Position numbers and translations under genes: made by a program. Below are positions 31,690-40,303 of a stretch of DNA of 64,000 nt, one piece after another (position 1 is the stretch's first letter; every line of letters begins with the position of its first letter). Source of the stretch: Thermoproteota archaeon (GTDB taxonomy: Archaea; Asgardarchaeota; Jordiarchaeia; Jordiarchaeales; Freyrarchaeaceae); assembly GCA_029258835.1 (NCBI GenBank), contig JAPDJY010000006.1, positions 1-64,000 on the forward strand, written 5' to 3'. Under the pieces are notes generated by a model. It made no database searches. It had not been told where the DNA came from and was given only the letters and a program-made list of their open reading frames with translations.

Positions 31690-32290
31690 AAGACTTTTTC
31701 AACCATTAGTTTCTTCGTTAGCGTTGCTGTTCGCTAGGATCGGCTTAAGGCCGAATCATGTAACCGTTGCATCCCTTATAACAACAGTTTTTGCATCAGT
31801 CTCCCTAGCTTTAGACCTCCCTCTCATGTACGGAATTCTACTCTTTACTTCAGGCTTGTTGGATGGAGTTGATGGAGCATTGGCACGGTTAACTGGGTCC
31901 TCTTCATCTTGGGGCGGCTTCCTCGACTCATTAAGTGATAGGTACGCGGACGTCATAGCTATCATAGGCTTTCTTTTCTGGAAGGAAATGAAAGGCTTCA
32001 AGCTTTTATTCCCTGTTGAGTTGTGGGTAGCCTTAGCCGTAGCTGGTTTCTTAATGGTAAGTTATGTTAGGAGTGAGGGGGAGGGTGTAGGTGTCCCTCT
32101 TGATGTGGGGTTAGCCGCTAGATCTGAGAGGCTTCTCATCCTTTCAACCTCGTCGATGCTTTATCCCTTAGCGTGGTTCTCCCCTTGTTTAGGTTTAATC
32201 GTGTGCTGCGTGTTGGCTCATCTAACAGCCATCTACAGGTTCGTCTTCGCCTCCGTTAAGTTAAAATTAAGGTATGAGGACTCTTCATAA
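31670..32290 (+). CDS. CDP-alcohol phosphatidyltransferase (archaetidylinositol-phosphate synthase-like)
   Basis: PNHVT, DGVDGALAR...GGFLDSLSDR, SYVR, RSERL. Confidence 0.9.
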   Translation: MSKYRVRRLFQPLVSSLALLFARIGLRPNHVTVASLITTVFASVSLALDLPLMYGILLFTSGLLDGVDGALARLTGSSSSWGGFLDSLSDRYADVIAIIGFLFWKEMKGFKLLFPVELWVALAVAGFLMVSYVRSEGEGVGVPLDVGLAARSERLLILSTSSMLYPLAWFSPCLGLIVCCVLAHLTAIYRFVFASVKLKLRYEDSS

Positions 32291-32319
32291 CACCGGCTTT
32301 AAGGGGAGCGGTACTTCGT

Positions 32320-32826
32320 TTGCTTGCCCATGTTATTTTGTCATCCCTGTTAGAGGCTAAGGTAGATTTCGCCGTTTCAGTGCCAGCTTCACTCTTCGCT
32401 GAAGTGCTAATGAAAATAGAAAGCTATGGAATCAAGCACGTAATTGTCACAAGGGAGGAAGAAGGTGTTGGGGTAGCCGCTGGTGCATACCTTGGAGGGA
32501 GGAGGCCTGCTATCCTCATGCAGAATAGTGGGCTTGGGAATTGTTTAAATGCTCTTCTCTCTCTCAACAAGACGTTCGGTATTCCGCTTCTAATGCTCAT
32601 TGCCCAGAGAGGGTGGAGAAGGGAGAAGATTGTTGCTCAGATCCCGATGGGCGAAGCAACTATTCCCATCCTAAAAGCCGCGTGCATTCCCTTTTACCTG
32701 CCTGGCAGCCTTCAAGAGTTAAGCGTTGAAATAGTGGAGGCCGCTGAGCTAGCATGGGTGAGGGAGCTGCCTGTCGCCGTTATAGTTAGAGAGGGGTTGA
32801 GGAATGAAGAGAATAGACGCCATTAA
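32320..32826 (+). CDS. comD: Sulfopyruvate decarboxylase alpha subunit
   Basis: [38 protein letters not shown]. Confidence 0.88.
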   Translation: MLAHVILSSLLEAKVDFAVSVPASLFAEVLMKIESYGIKHVIVTREEEGVGVAAGAYLGGRRPAILMQNSGLGNCLNALLSLNKTFGIPLLMLIAQRGWRREKIVAQIPMGEATIPILKAACIPFYLPGSLQELSVEIVEAAELAWVRELPVAVIVREGLRNEENRRH

Positions 32827-33367
32827 AGCCGTTGTAGAGGAGTTAGACGATGAGCTGGTGATATGCAATATCGGCTTTCCTTCCCGTGAACTCTATAGTG
32901 TAAAGGATAGAGATGCAAACTTTTACATGCTAGGATCTATGGGGCTAGCCTCGTCGATAGGCTTAGGCCTAGCTCTTTCAACCAAAAGGCAAATTGTGGT
33001 CTTCGACGGCGACGGCTCTCTTCTTATGAACTTAGGCTCGCTTGTAACGATAGCGAATCAAGCGCCTTCCAACATGATTCTTATAGTTTTAGATAATGCC
33101 TCTTACGCATCTACGGGAGGGCAGCCAAGTTACACTGCTGGAAAAACTAACCTCGCTAAAGTGGCCATGTCCGTAGGGTTCGAAAACGTGTTTGAAGTTG
33201 AAACCGTCGCCGAGCTGAAAAAGTCGTTTAGGAGTGCAAAGGGGAAGCTTTCTTTCATACTGGCAAAAGTGGAGAAGGGTAACGCTGACGTACCAGTAAT
33301 ACCACTTTCACCCTACAAGATTAAACGGCGCTTTATGAAGTGCATCAAGAAAAATCATTGTCATTAG
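32804..33367 (+). CDS. comE: Sulfopyruvate decarboxylase beta subunit
   Basis: [38 protein letters not shown]. Confidence 0.9.
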   Translation: MKRIDAIKAVVEELDDELVICNIGFPSRELYSVKDRDANFYMLGSMGLASSIGLGLALSTKRQIVVFDGDGSLLMNLGSLVTIANQAPSNMILIVLDNASYASTGGQPSYTAGKTNLAKVAMSVGFENVFEVETVAELKKSFRSAKGKLSFILAKVEKGNADVPVIPLSPYKIKRRFMKCIKKNHCH

Positions 33368-33598
33368 ATTTCTAATTGAATTTTCCATGGAATCAACATT
33401 GCTTACACTGACCTTAACTCGAAATGGTTTAAACAGGTAAATATTCTACTTGTACATCTTAAGCTTACAACGTCTTTTTCCCACTTTTCCACGTTATCTC
33501 TTACCATAAAGAAAGTGTTTTTTACTTTTCAAGTTTAAATCCTTATGACCTGTCGCCGCTATGAGAGTTGCCATTATAAGGGTTTAAACCTCGAATAG

Positions 33599-34871
33599 TT
33601 GTTGCCCTTTGGGGGTGTTGGCTTGAGGGAGTTCTACTATGAGTGTTTTGAGTGTGGCGAGCTGTTTCAGCCTGTAGGACATATGATCGAGTGTAGTGAG
33701 TGTGGCAGCATCCTCCAGTATTTTTACCCTAAACTTAAGATTAGGCGGTTTAACGATTTAGTTTTGCCATTTATGAAAGGTGTGTGGATCTTCCAGAAAG
33801 TGCTCCCTATAAGGTGGGTTCATACCAGTGCTGTTTCTCTAGGTGAAGGAGGGACGCCTTTAACGCTTAGCAAGGCTGCCATGGACTTTATTGGGGTGAA
33901 TAATGTATCAGTTTTCTTGAAGAACGAAATGCTGAATCCAACTGGAACGTTTAAGGATAGGGGTTCTGCCGTGTCTCTTTCCGTTTTTAAAGAAAGAAAC
34001 ATTTTAGAGGTCTCCTTAGCGTCTCTTAGCGATACTTCTGCTTCCTACGTGGCCTACAATAGGGATGCAGGAAGAAAGATTGCTATTTTCTCCCCTTCAC
34101 GGCAGCGTATTGTTGACGGTGAGGAGAGTGTGGTTACAGTCTCGGTTGAAGGAGCTTTTCATGATGCTGAAGCTATGGCTAGAGCTTTCGCTGAAGGGGC
34201 TGGGTTCGTTTTCGACGGCGGCTTCAAAAATCCTAATATGACTGCTGGCCTAGAAACATTAGCGTATGAAATACTAATTCAACTCTACCAGAAATACGGT
34301 AAACGGCTGAAGGAAATGATCGAAAAACGGGAAAGTATGGTATATTCATCCTACAGCTAGTGGAAGCACGCTGATCGCATGGTATCAGGCCTTAGATAGA
34401 ATGAATGAGTGGGGGATCATAAAGGGTTTTATCCGTCTCGTCTGCGTTCAGCCTGAAGGATGCCCCTCTATCGTGGATCCAGCTTTGAAAAAACTAAAGA
34501 AGCTGGAGGCCCCGATTAAGTCGGAAACTTGGGTTAAGGAGTTAGAAGTGGAATGGCCAAAGGAAAGCTATCCCTACGTAAGATATGTTGTCTCTGAGAG
34601 TGACGGCTTATTCTGTAAAGTTAAGGAGAAGTCGGTAAGAGGTGTTTATTGTTTATCTGGAGAATTTTTCGACGTGCAGGTTTCAGCCTCAACCGCAGTA
34701 TCCTTAGCCGCCATCGCAGAACTGTCAAGCAACTTCGAGAGAGGCGACTTGGTGATCGTAAGCCTTACATGCGGAGAACAAACCCAAGAGATATCCAAAG
34801 GGCGCGCTGTCGGCCCGGTGTCCACTACTACATCCATCGAAGAACTAATCGAAAAACACCTCAACCTCTAA
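33599..34871 (+). pseudogene. Threonine-synthase-like PLP enzyme split by one extra base in an A run at about 34323
   Basis: N-terminal CxxC..CxxC, SLGEGGTPL, NPTGTFKDR; removing one A joins MIE to NGKVWYIHPTASGS...RLVCVQPEGC. Confidence 0.75.
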
Positions 34872-35005
34872 TCCTTCAGCCAATCACACCCACCTGCAAG
34901 TGATTTTCTGCTGGAATCAGCGTAGTGGGGGGAACGAAATAATAAGAATGAAATAATAAATCTACTTGGGCGCTCGCTAGCAAGGAAAACTTGTAATAGT
35001 GTAAG

Positions 35006-35243
35006 AGGTGGGGTTCAGCTTACATGGGTATTTGTAAGCCTTGGGGTTCATTGGGCTTGGTCCTCCTCTTGGGTTCATCGGAGGCTTATCATCGCCTTTA
35101 CCCCCGTTCGTGGTAACCCTTCCGGAGCCCTCATGGGTGCACCTTTCCGCCTTTTCATCAACCTTGTTAGGGGCCTCGAAACCAAGCGGTTGGAAGGTGC
35201 TCGGACCCCGGGGAAACCCACACATCTTAAGGTAACCTCACCT
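35006..35243. mobile_element. Structured intergenic element; probable remnant of a tnpB 3' end (omega-RNA-like)
   Basis: Terminal complementarity AGGTGGGGTT/AACCTCACCT and nested stems; minus-strand peptide YLKMCGFP...PPMNPRGG..PMNPKAY resembles archaeal TnpB tails (from memory). Confidence 0.45.
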
Positions 35244-35402
35244 ACTAAATATCATATTCACCCACCAACCATCTAACTGTTACGCTAGGCGTTGATTCCT
35301 CCTTATTACTGGTTTATCGCCTCGATGTGGATGAGAAATCGTGTTCTGCGTAAGTTTTAAAGGCTAATTGCGTAAAAACGTTAGGAGGCTAAGCGATGCC
35401 GG

Positions 35403-36200
35403 GTGAATTCGATGTGTCCGCAACTTTTTGGTCTTTCACCAGTAATAAGAGGGAGAAAACCTAGAACTTCGGGGTTAACGTCTATTATAGATAGAGGGAT
35501 CCCTGTCTCCGAGCTGAGGGGGCTGATGGAAAACGCCGGAGAGTACATTGATCTATGCAAGTTCGGCTGGTGCACCTGGCTTCTTATGCCTGAAAGGCTA
35601 GTAAAAAGTAAGATAGAAGTTTGCGAAGAGTTTGACGTTAAGGTTTTGCCTGGCGGATCAAGCATTGAGGCCGCTTTCATTAGAGGGAAGGCTGAAGAAT
35701 TCCTTAGGTTCGTTAAGGAACTTGGTTTTACATCTATTGAAATATCAAGTGGTATAGCGAATATTTCCATTGAAGAGAAGCTTAGACTGGTGCGGTTGGC
35801 TAAGGACCTCGACTTTTGCCCTGTTATTACGGAGGTTGGCAGGAAGGATCCTAAGGAAGACTTAGCCTTACCTCTCAACGAGCGGATAAGGTTGATGAAG
35901 CTTGAACTTGAGGCTGGAGCTGACTACGTGGTTGTGGAGGCTAGGGAAAGCGGGAAAGGCATTGGACCCTACAACGCTAAGGGAGACGTTAAGGAGTCTT
36001 TCGTTGAGGCGATAGTGCGTGACGTACCAGTTGAAAAAATAATCTGGGAGGCCCCCTTAAAGTCGCAGCAGGTATGGCTGATTAAAAGGTTTGGGCCTAA
36101 CGTAAATCTGGGAAACGTTCAGGTAGGCGACGTGATACCCCTAGAGACGCTTCGTCTAGGTCTCAGAGGCGACACAATGCTCAAGTTTCTCTTAAGCTAA
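35403..36200 (+). CDS. comA: Phosphosulfolactate synthase
   Basis: KPRTSGLT..IDRG, KFGW.T, EISSG, EVGRK, EARESG, WEAP.K.QQ, NVNLGN, LETLRLGLRGDT. Confidence 0.95.
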   Translation: MNSMCPQLFGLSPVIRGRKPRTSGLTSIIDRGIPVSELRGLMENAGEYIDLCKFGWCTWLLMPERLVKSKIEVCEEFDVKVLPGGSSIEAAFIRGKAEEFLRFVKELGFTSIEISSGIANISIEEKLRLVRLAKDLDFCPVITEVGRKDPKEDLALPLNERIRLMKLELEAGADYVVVEARESGKGIGPYNAKGDVKESFVEAIVRDVPVEKIIWEAPLKSQQVWLIKRFGPNVNLGNVQVGDVIPLETLRLGLRGDTMLKFLLS

Positions 36201-36212
36201 GGATGGTTAACT

Positions 36213-36917
36213 ATGAAGGTCAGGGTGGCCTTCGGGGAGAGGGGGGCTCTCCTGGCTGCAGAGCGGGGACACATAGTTATAGTTGTAGACACGCTTAGAG
36301 CCAGCACGACGGTTACCACGGCCTTAGAGAACGGTGCCGAAAGGGTGATCCCCGTAAGAACCGTGAAGAACGCCAAAAAGCTTTTTCAAAGTTTAGTTTC
36401 TAAGCATCCTAGGGAGAAGGTTGTCCTCGCAGGCGAGAGGAGGGGGTTACGGATCCCCGGATTCGACCTTGGAAACTCCCCCCTCGAGTTCACAAGGAGT
36501 GTTGTTGAAGGGAAAATCGTAATCTTGACGACGACAAACTTCACGAAGGTCGTCTCCTCCGCCCTTAAGGCCCCATTCATCATGGCAGGCTGCCTAAGGA
36601 ACGCCATGGCGGCAGCTTCCCTAGCAATGCGGGAGGCAGCTAAGCAAGGCAGGAACGTGACGATCGTTCACTCAGGGCGGAAGGGCTTTTTCACCCCGGA
36701 AGACTACATCACCGCGGTCGTGATAAAAAACTTCATGGAAGGGAGACGGGAGCCTGAAGGCTTTGAAAGATGTGTTTTCAACTCGCCAAGCGCTAAGTAT
36801 CTTGCCTCGATAGGGTTAGGGGAAGACGTAAAGTACTGTGCACAGCTAAACCAGAGCAAAACAGTGCCGGTGATCGAGTTTACCTCCTTTGTAGGAAGGT
36901 TGATCAGTCCTTTTTAA
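36213..36917 (+). CDS. comB: 2-phosphosulfolactate phosphatase
   Basis: VDTLRASTT, GERRG, FDLGNSP, TTTN.T, ED. Confidence 0.93.
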   Translation: MKVRVAFGERGALLAAERGHIVIVVDTLRASTTVTTALENGAERVIPVRTVKNAKKLFQSLVSKHPREKVVLAGERRGLRIPGFDLGNSPLEFTRSVVEGKIVILTTTNFTKVVSSALKAPFIMAGCLRNAMAAASLAMREAAKQGRNVTIVHSGRKGFFTPEDYITAVVIKNFMEGRREPEGFERCVFNSPSAKYLASIGLGEDVKYCAQLNQSKTVPVIEFTSFVGRLISPF

Positions 36918-37596
36918 TCCAAACAACCCTACGCTTATCATACGGTTTGCCTTTAAGGTAGAACACGCGTAACCCATACTCCCATGCAAGCTGCTGTAAT
37001 GCCGCAACAGTCACCCTCGTCCCATCTGTCACGTCTATTATCGGCTCCGACTTCGCCAAAAGCTTTTTCACTACGTTCTCTGCAACCCTATATATTTCTT
37101 CATAGTCGTAGAGGACGTCCTCGCTAACCCATAATATCTCCGCCACCTCTGTTCGTCCACTAATCTTCCCCTTCATCTTGTCCTCCGCAATAAAAACATA
37201 CTTGTTCGGGGCTATGCCCTCCTGCTCCTTAAGACGCCACCCAATCTCTCTTATTAGAAAGGGTTCTGAGTCGAGAGTTGCAACACACGAAAGAGGGGCA
37301 TGCACATTCAGGTAGCGTCTTACCGCCTGCAACATCTTAGGATTGATCATCGCATACTTTATTTTCCAATCCCGGTAACGGACAATTACATTACTATTCT
37401 CCAGTGCTTGAAGGTTAAAGTAAAGCTTCGCGTCGGAAACCTCCTTAGGGGTAACCCCAAGCACCTTAGCTAAAGCATACCTTAACTCGATTCCCGTCTT
37501 AGGCCCATCAAGTAACTCCTTCAATATAATGCGACGTGCTTCAACACCCCCCACGGCACGAACTATGGTCATTAACGATTGGTTCAAAACAGACAC
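36904..37596 (-). CDS. Regulator with N-terminal winged helix and C-terminal CARF-like Rossmann domain
   Basis: ARRIILKELLDGPKT...LYFNLQALENSNVI (ArsR/PadR-like); VATLDSEP and IIDVTDGTRVTVAAL...VFYL (CARF-like). Confidence 0.65.
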   Translation of the reverse strand: MSVLNQSLMTIVRAVGGVEARRIILKELLDGPKTGIELRYALAKVLGVTPKEVSDAKLYFNLQALENSNVIVRYRDWKIKYAMINPKMLQAVRRYLNVHAPLSCVATLDSEPFLIREIGWRLKEQEGIAPNKYVFIAEDKMKGKISGRTEVAEILWVSEDVLYDYEEIYRVAENVVKKLLAKSEPIIDVTDGTRVTVAALQQLAWEYGLRVFYLKGKPYDKRRVVWIKKD

Positions 37597-37719
37597 CACA
37601 ACTCCTCTTTTAGTACCACCCTCCACTCGATCAGTTAAAAAGATGAAAACAAAAAATAATAAAATTTTCCGAAAGCGCCTCCGCAAAGCAAATGGCAAAC
37701 TGAAAATCAAATACGCCTT

Positions 37720-37764
37720 ACTTAGCTTTTAACTTGGCTATTGTTTAGCTATAGTTTAGCTATA
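37720..37764. repeat. Four imperfect direct repeats of about 11 bp (consensus NYTTAGCTATW)
   Basis: acttagctttt-a-acttggctatt-gtttagctata-gtttagctata, upstream of the wHTH-CARF gene. Confidence 0.5.
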
Positions 37765-37851
37765 TGAAAGCCAAGGATCATGTGCTCTCTACGTTAGCAA
37801 CGGGAGGCGTCAAAGAACCTATAAACCACGAAAAAGGGAAAAAAAATAAAT

Positions 37852-38736
37852 TTAACCTTCACTACCTTTCTCTTCCTCATCAAACTTTTTGACAAGCTTT
37901 ACCGGGATCCCAGCCCATACGCTATTGCTCGGAAGCTTGGCTCCCTTCGGAACCATCGAATATGTGCCGATTATTACGTTGTCGCCTAGCTCCGCCCCGG
38001 GCCACACGAGCGAGCGAAACCCGAGCACACACTTGCGTCCTACCTTCGCTTTAGCGAATAGAATGGTGTCCCCTTCTATTGCGTGCCCAGCAATGCAACT
38101 GTATGCTCCCATTACTGTTCCATCCCCTACCTCTGCTAGGTACGGGTCTAGGATCGTTGCAGGGAAAACGTTTTTTCCCACCTTAGCGCCTAAGGCCTTA
38201 TACATCAGGCGGCTCAGCTCGGCTCGTCCCCATGGCCCCTCACCGAAGAAATTTAGGAATGTCCCGGTTATTGTGGCGTTTAGTATAAACTGTCTTACGA
38301 CAGGGTTTGCTGGAGTGTACGGGTACCTTCCTTCAGGTATCGGTTTAACAAGGATCTTAGCGAAGACCAGCAGGTAGAGGAAGTAAATGAACTTTGCTAT
38401 TACGTGTACTATCGGTATTGCTGCTAGGATCAAGGCTACCGTTGCGGGGGTTAGCGTGATGGTTAACCCTCCTAATGTTAATGTGGGGTAGCCCAAGATA
38501 GGCCAGAGAACCGGGTAATTCACGTAGAACGTGTCTAGAACCCATTGTAGCACTTTAAAGGCTACGAAGATAATTGATGTGACTGTTAGGAATGTTAGGA
38601 TCGCTGGGGCTATAAGGAATAAGTTGTGCCGTACTGCAAACCAAGTGTTCGCCCTTCTGAGAGCCCTCGCCTCCTGCTTTAACTCTTCCTGTGTTAGTAT
38701 CTTAGCGTTCTGCCTGTCGGCACCTTTACCGTTCAT
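37852..38736 (-). CDS. Membrane protein with a C-terminal hexapeptide-repeat (LbH) acyltransferase-like domain
   Basis: Two to three TM segments, PEGRYP, LGAKVG, hexapeptide repeats, VWAGIP. Confidence 0.8.
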   Translation of the reverse strand: MNGKGADRQNAKILTQEELKQEARALRRANTWFAVRHNLFLIAPAILTFLTVTSIIFVAFKVLQWVLDTFYVNYPVLWPILGYPTLTLGGLTITLTPATVALILAAIPIVHVIAKFIYFLYLLVFAKILVKPIPEGRYPYTPANPVVRQFILNATITGTFLNFFGEGPWGRAELSRLMYKALGAKVGKNVFPATILDPYLAEVGDGTVMGAYSCIAGHAIEGDTILFAKAKVGRKCVLGFRSLVWPGAELGDNVIIGTYSMVPKGAKLPSNSVWAGIPVKLVKKFDEEEKGSEG

Positions 38737-38872
38737 GTGGACACCTCGCTTATCAGCCTTCCTTAAGCTTTCCTTAATACTTTCCTTCTAAGATTTATAA
38801 TTTTTCAAAACATCACCATCTCAGAATTAAACGCCTTTACGCCTTTAAACATTGAAAAATCGAGGTATTCCA

Positions 38873-40288
38873 TTAAAGCCCCATTTTGCCGGGGTTTAAT
38901 ATGCCGAGTGGGTCGAAGGCTTTCTTTATTGCCCTCATGAGCCTCAGGGACGTTGCTCCATGGATTCTCTCCATGTATTCTGCTCTTAGAATTCCTATTC
39001 CATGCTCCCCGCTTATGTTTCCTCCGAGTTTAACTGCTAGCTCATATATTTCCCTTGCTAGGTGCCGCATTTTTTCCCATTCCTCTCTGCTAGTTGGATC
39101 CACCATTATTCCTGAGTGGCAGTTCCCATCCCCTGCATGCCCATAAAGGCACACCGGTATCCCGTATTTTTCCGAGATCTTGTGTACCTCCCTGATGAAG
39201 GCTGGGAGTTTTGAGAGAGGGACGCACACGTCCTCTGCCTCATATATTCTAACCCTTCTCCGGTCAACATTCATTATCGCACCACCTACAAGCTCCCTCC
39301 CCGTTAAAAGCTTCTCCTTTTCGTTTGGATCGTCAGTCCACTCCGTTTTCCCACCAAGCTCCTTGCATGCTTCAACTATGACCTTAATTTGATGCTCTAC
39401 TTCTTTGGCTTCCCCCTCGACCTCGAAGTAGAGGGCTGCCTCAGCCTGAGGGAGGTTGAGGGAAGGCATGTACCTGTTAACGGCTTCTATGGATTTCCCG
39501 TCCAAGATCTCTATTGCTGACGGCGTAATCCTCCTTAGAACCGTGTTCGCTACCCTAGCCGCCTTAGAGATGTCTTGGAAGTATGCTACAGCCACCGCAG
39601 ACATTTCAGGTATTGGGAGAACCCTGAGGGTTGCCTCCGTTATTATTCCAAGCGTCCCTTCCGACCCTATGAAAAGCTGGAGGAGGTCGTATCCTAAACA
39701 TCTTTTAAGGGTTTTCCCTCCAAGCTTTAATATTTCACCTGAAGGGAGAACCACTCTTAACCCTAGAACGAAGTTCCTAGTTACCCCGTACTTCACCGCG
39801 TGCATCCCACCTGCGTTTGTAGAGATCATCCCGCCGATGGTGCACATCTTCTTGCTACCCGGGCTTGGAGGGAAGAAGACGCCGTGCTCCGACAGCTTCT
39901 TGTTTAGTTCTTCAGGGACGATCCCTGCCTCAACCGTAACGCAGAAGTTGTCGGAGTCCACCTCTAAGATCCTATTCATCCTGCTTAGGTCTACCACTAT
40001 TCCTCCGTAGAGTGGAACGGCTCCGCCGCAGAGCCCTGTCCCGGCCCCCCTCGGCGTTACAGGAATCCTTTTTTCAGACGCTATCCTCATGATCCCTGAA
40101 ACCTGCTCCGTGGTTTCAGGAATGACTACCACGTCTGGGAGGGCGCTGAAAAGGGATGCATCGCTAGAATAAACATATCTTTCAACTATATCCGTCTTAA
40201 CGTTTTCACGCCCTAAGGTTTCCACGAGTTTTTCAATAACTTCATCGTCAACCTTACTGAAACCGCGCTCCTCCTCCAACGGGGACAC
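38873..40288 (-). CDS. FAD-linked 2-hydroxyacid oxidase/dehydrogenase (GlcD/Dld family)
   Basis: PRGAGTGLCGG, TIGG..STNAGG, GSEGTLG, HAGDGN.H, GEHGIG, LNPGK. Confidence 0.92.
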   Translation of the reverse strand: MSPLEEERGFSKVDDEVIEKLVETLGRENVKTDIVERYVYSSDASLFSALPDVVVIPETTEQVSGIMRIASEKRIPVTPRGAGTGLCGGAVPLYGGIVVDLSRMNRILEVDSDNFCVTVEAGIVPEELNKKLSEHGVFFPPSPGSKKMCTIGGMISTNAGGMHAVKYGVTRNFVLGLRVVLPSGEILKLGGKTLKRCLGYDLLQLFIGSEGTLGIITEATLRVLPIPEMSAVAVAYFQDISKAARVANTVLRRITPSAIEILDGKSIEAVNRYMPSLNLPQAEAALYFEVEGEAKEVEHQIKVIVEACKELGGKTEWTDDPNEKEKLLTGRELVGGAIMNVDRRRVRIYEAEDVCVPLSKLPAFIREVHKISEKYGIPVCLYGHAGDGNCHSGIMVDPTSREEWEKMRHLAREIYELAVKLGGNISGEHGIGILRAEYMERIHGATSLRLMRAIKKAFDPLGILNPGKMGL

Positions 40289-40303
40289 CTTAAGCTCCTA
40301 TGG

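Noticed and set aside
33599-34871. Firm call as cysteate synthase
   Set aside because: The PLP-lysine context is the ThrC-type FKDR; proximity to com genes alone is insufficient
35006-35243. RNase P RNA or SRP RNA
   Set aside because: No GAGGAAAGUCC P4 motif and no SRP helix 8 motif on either strand
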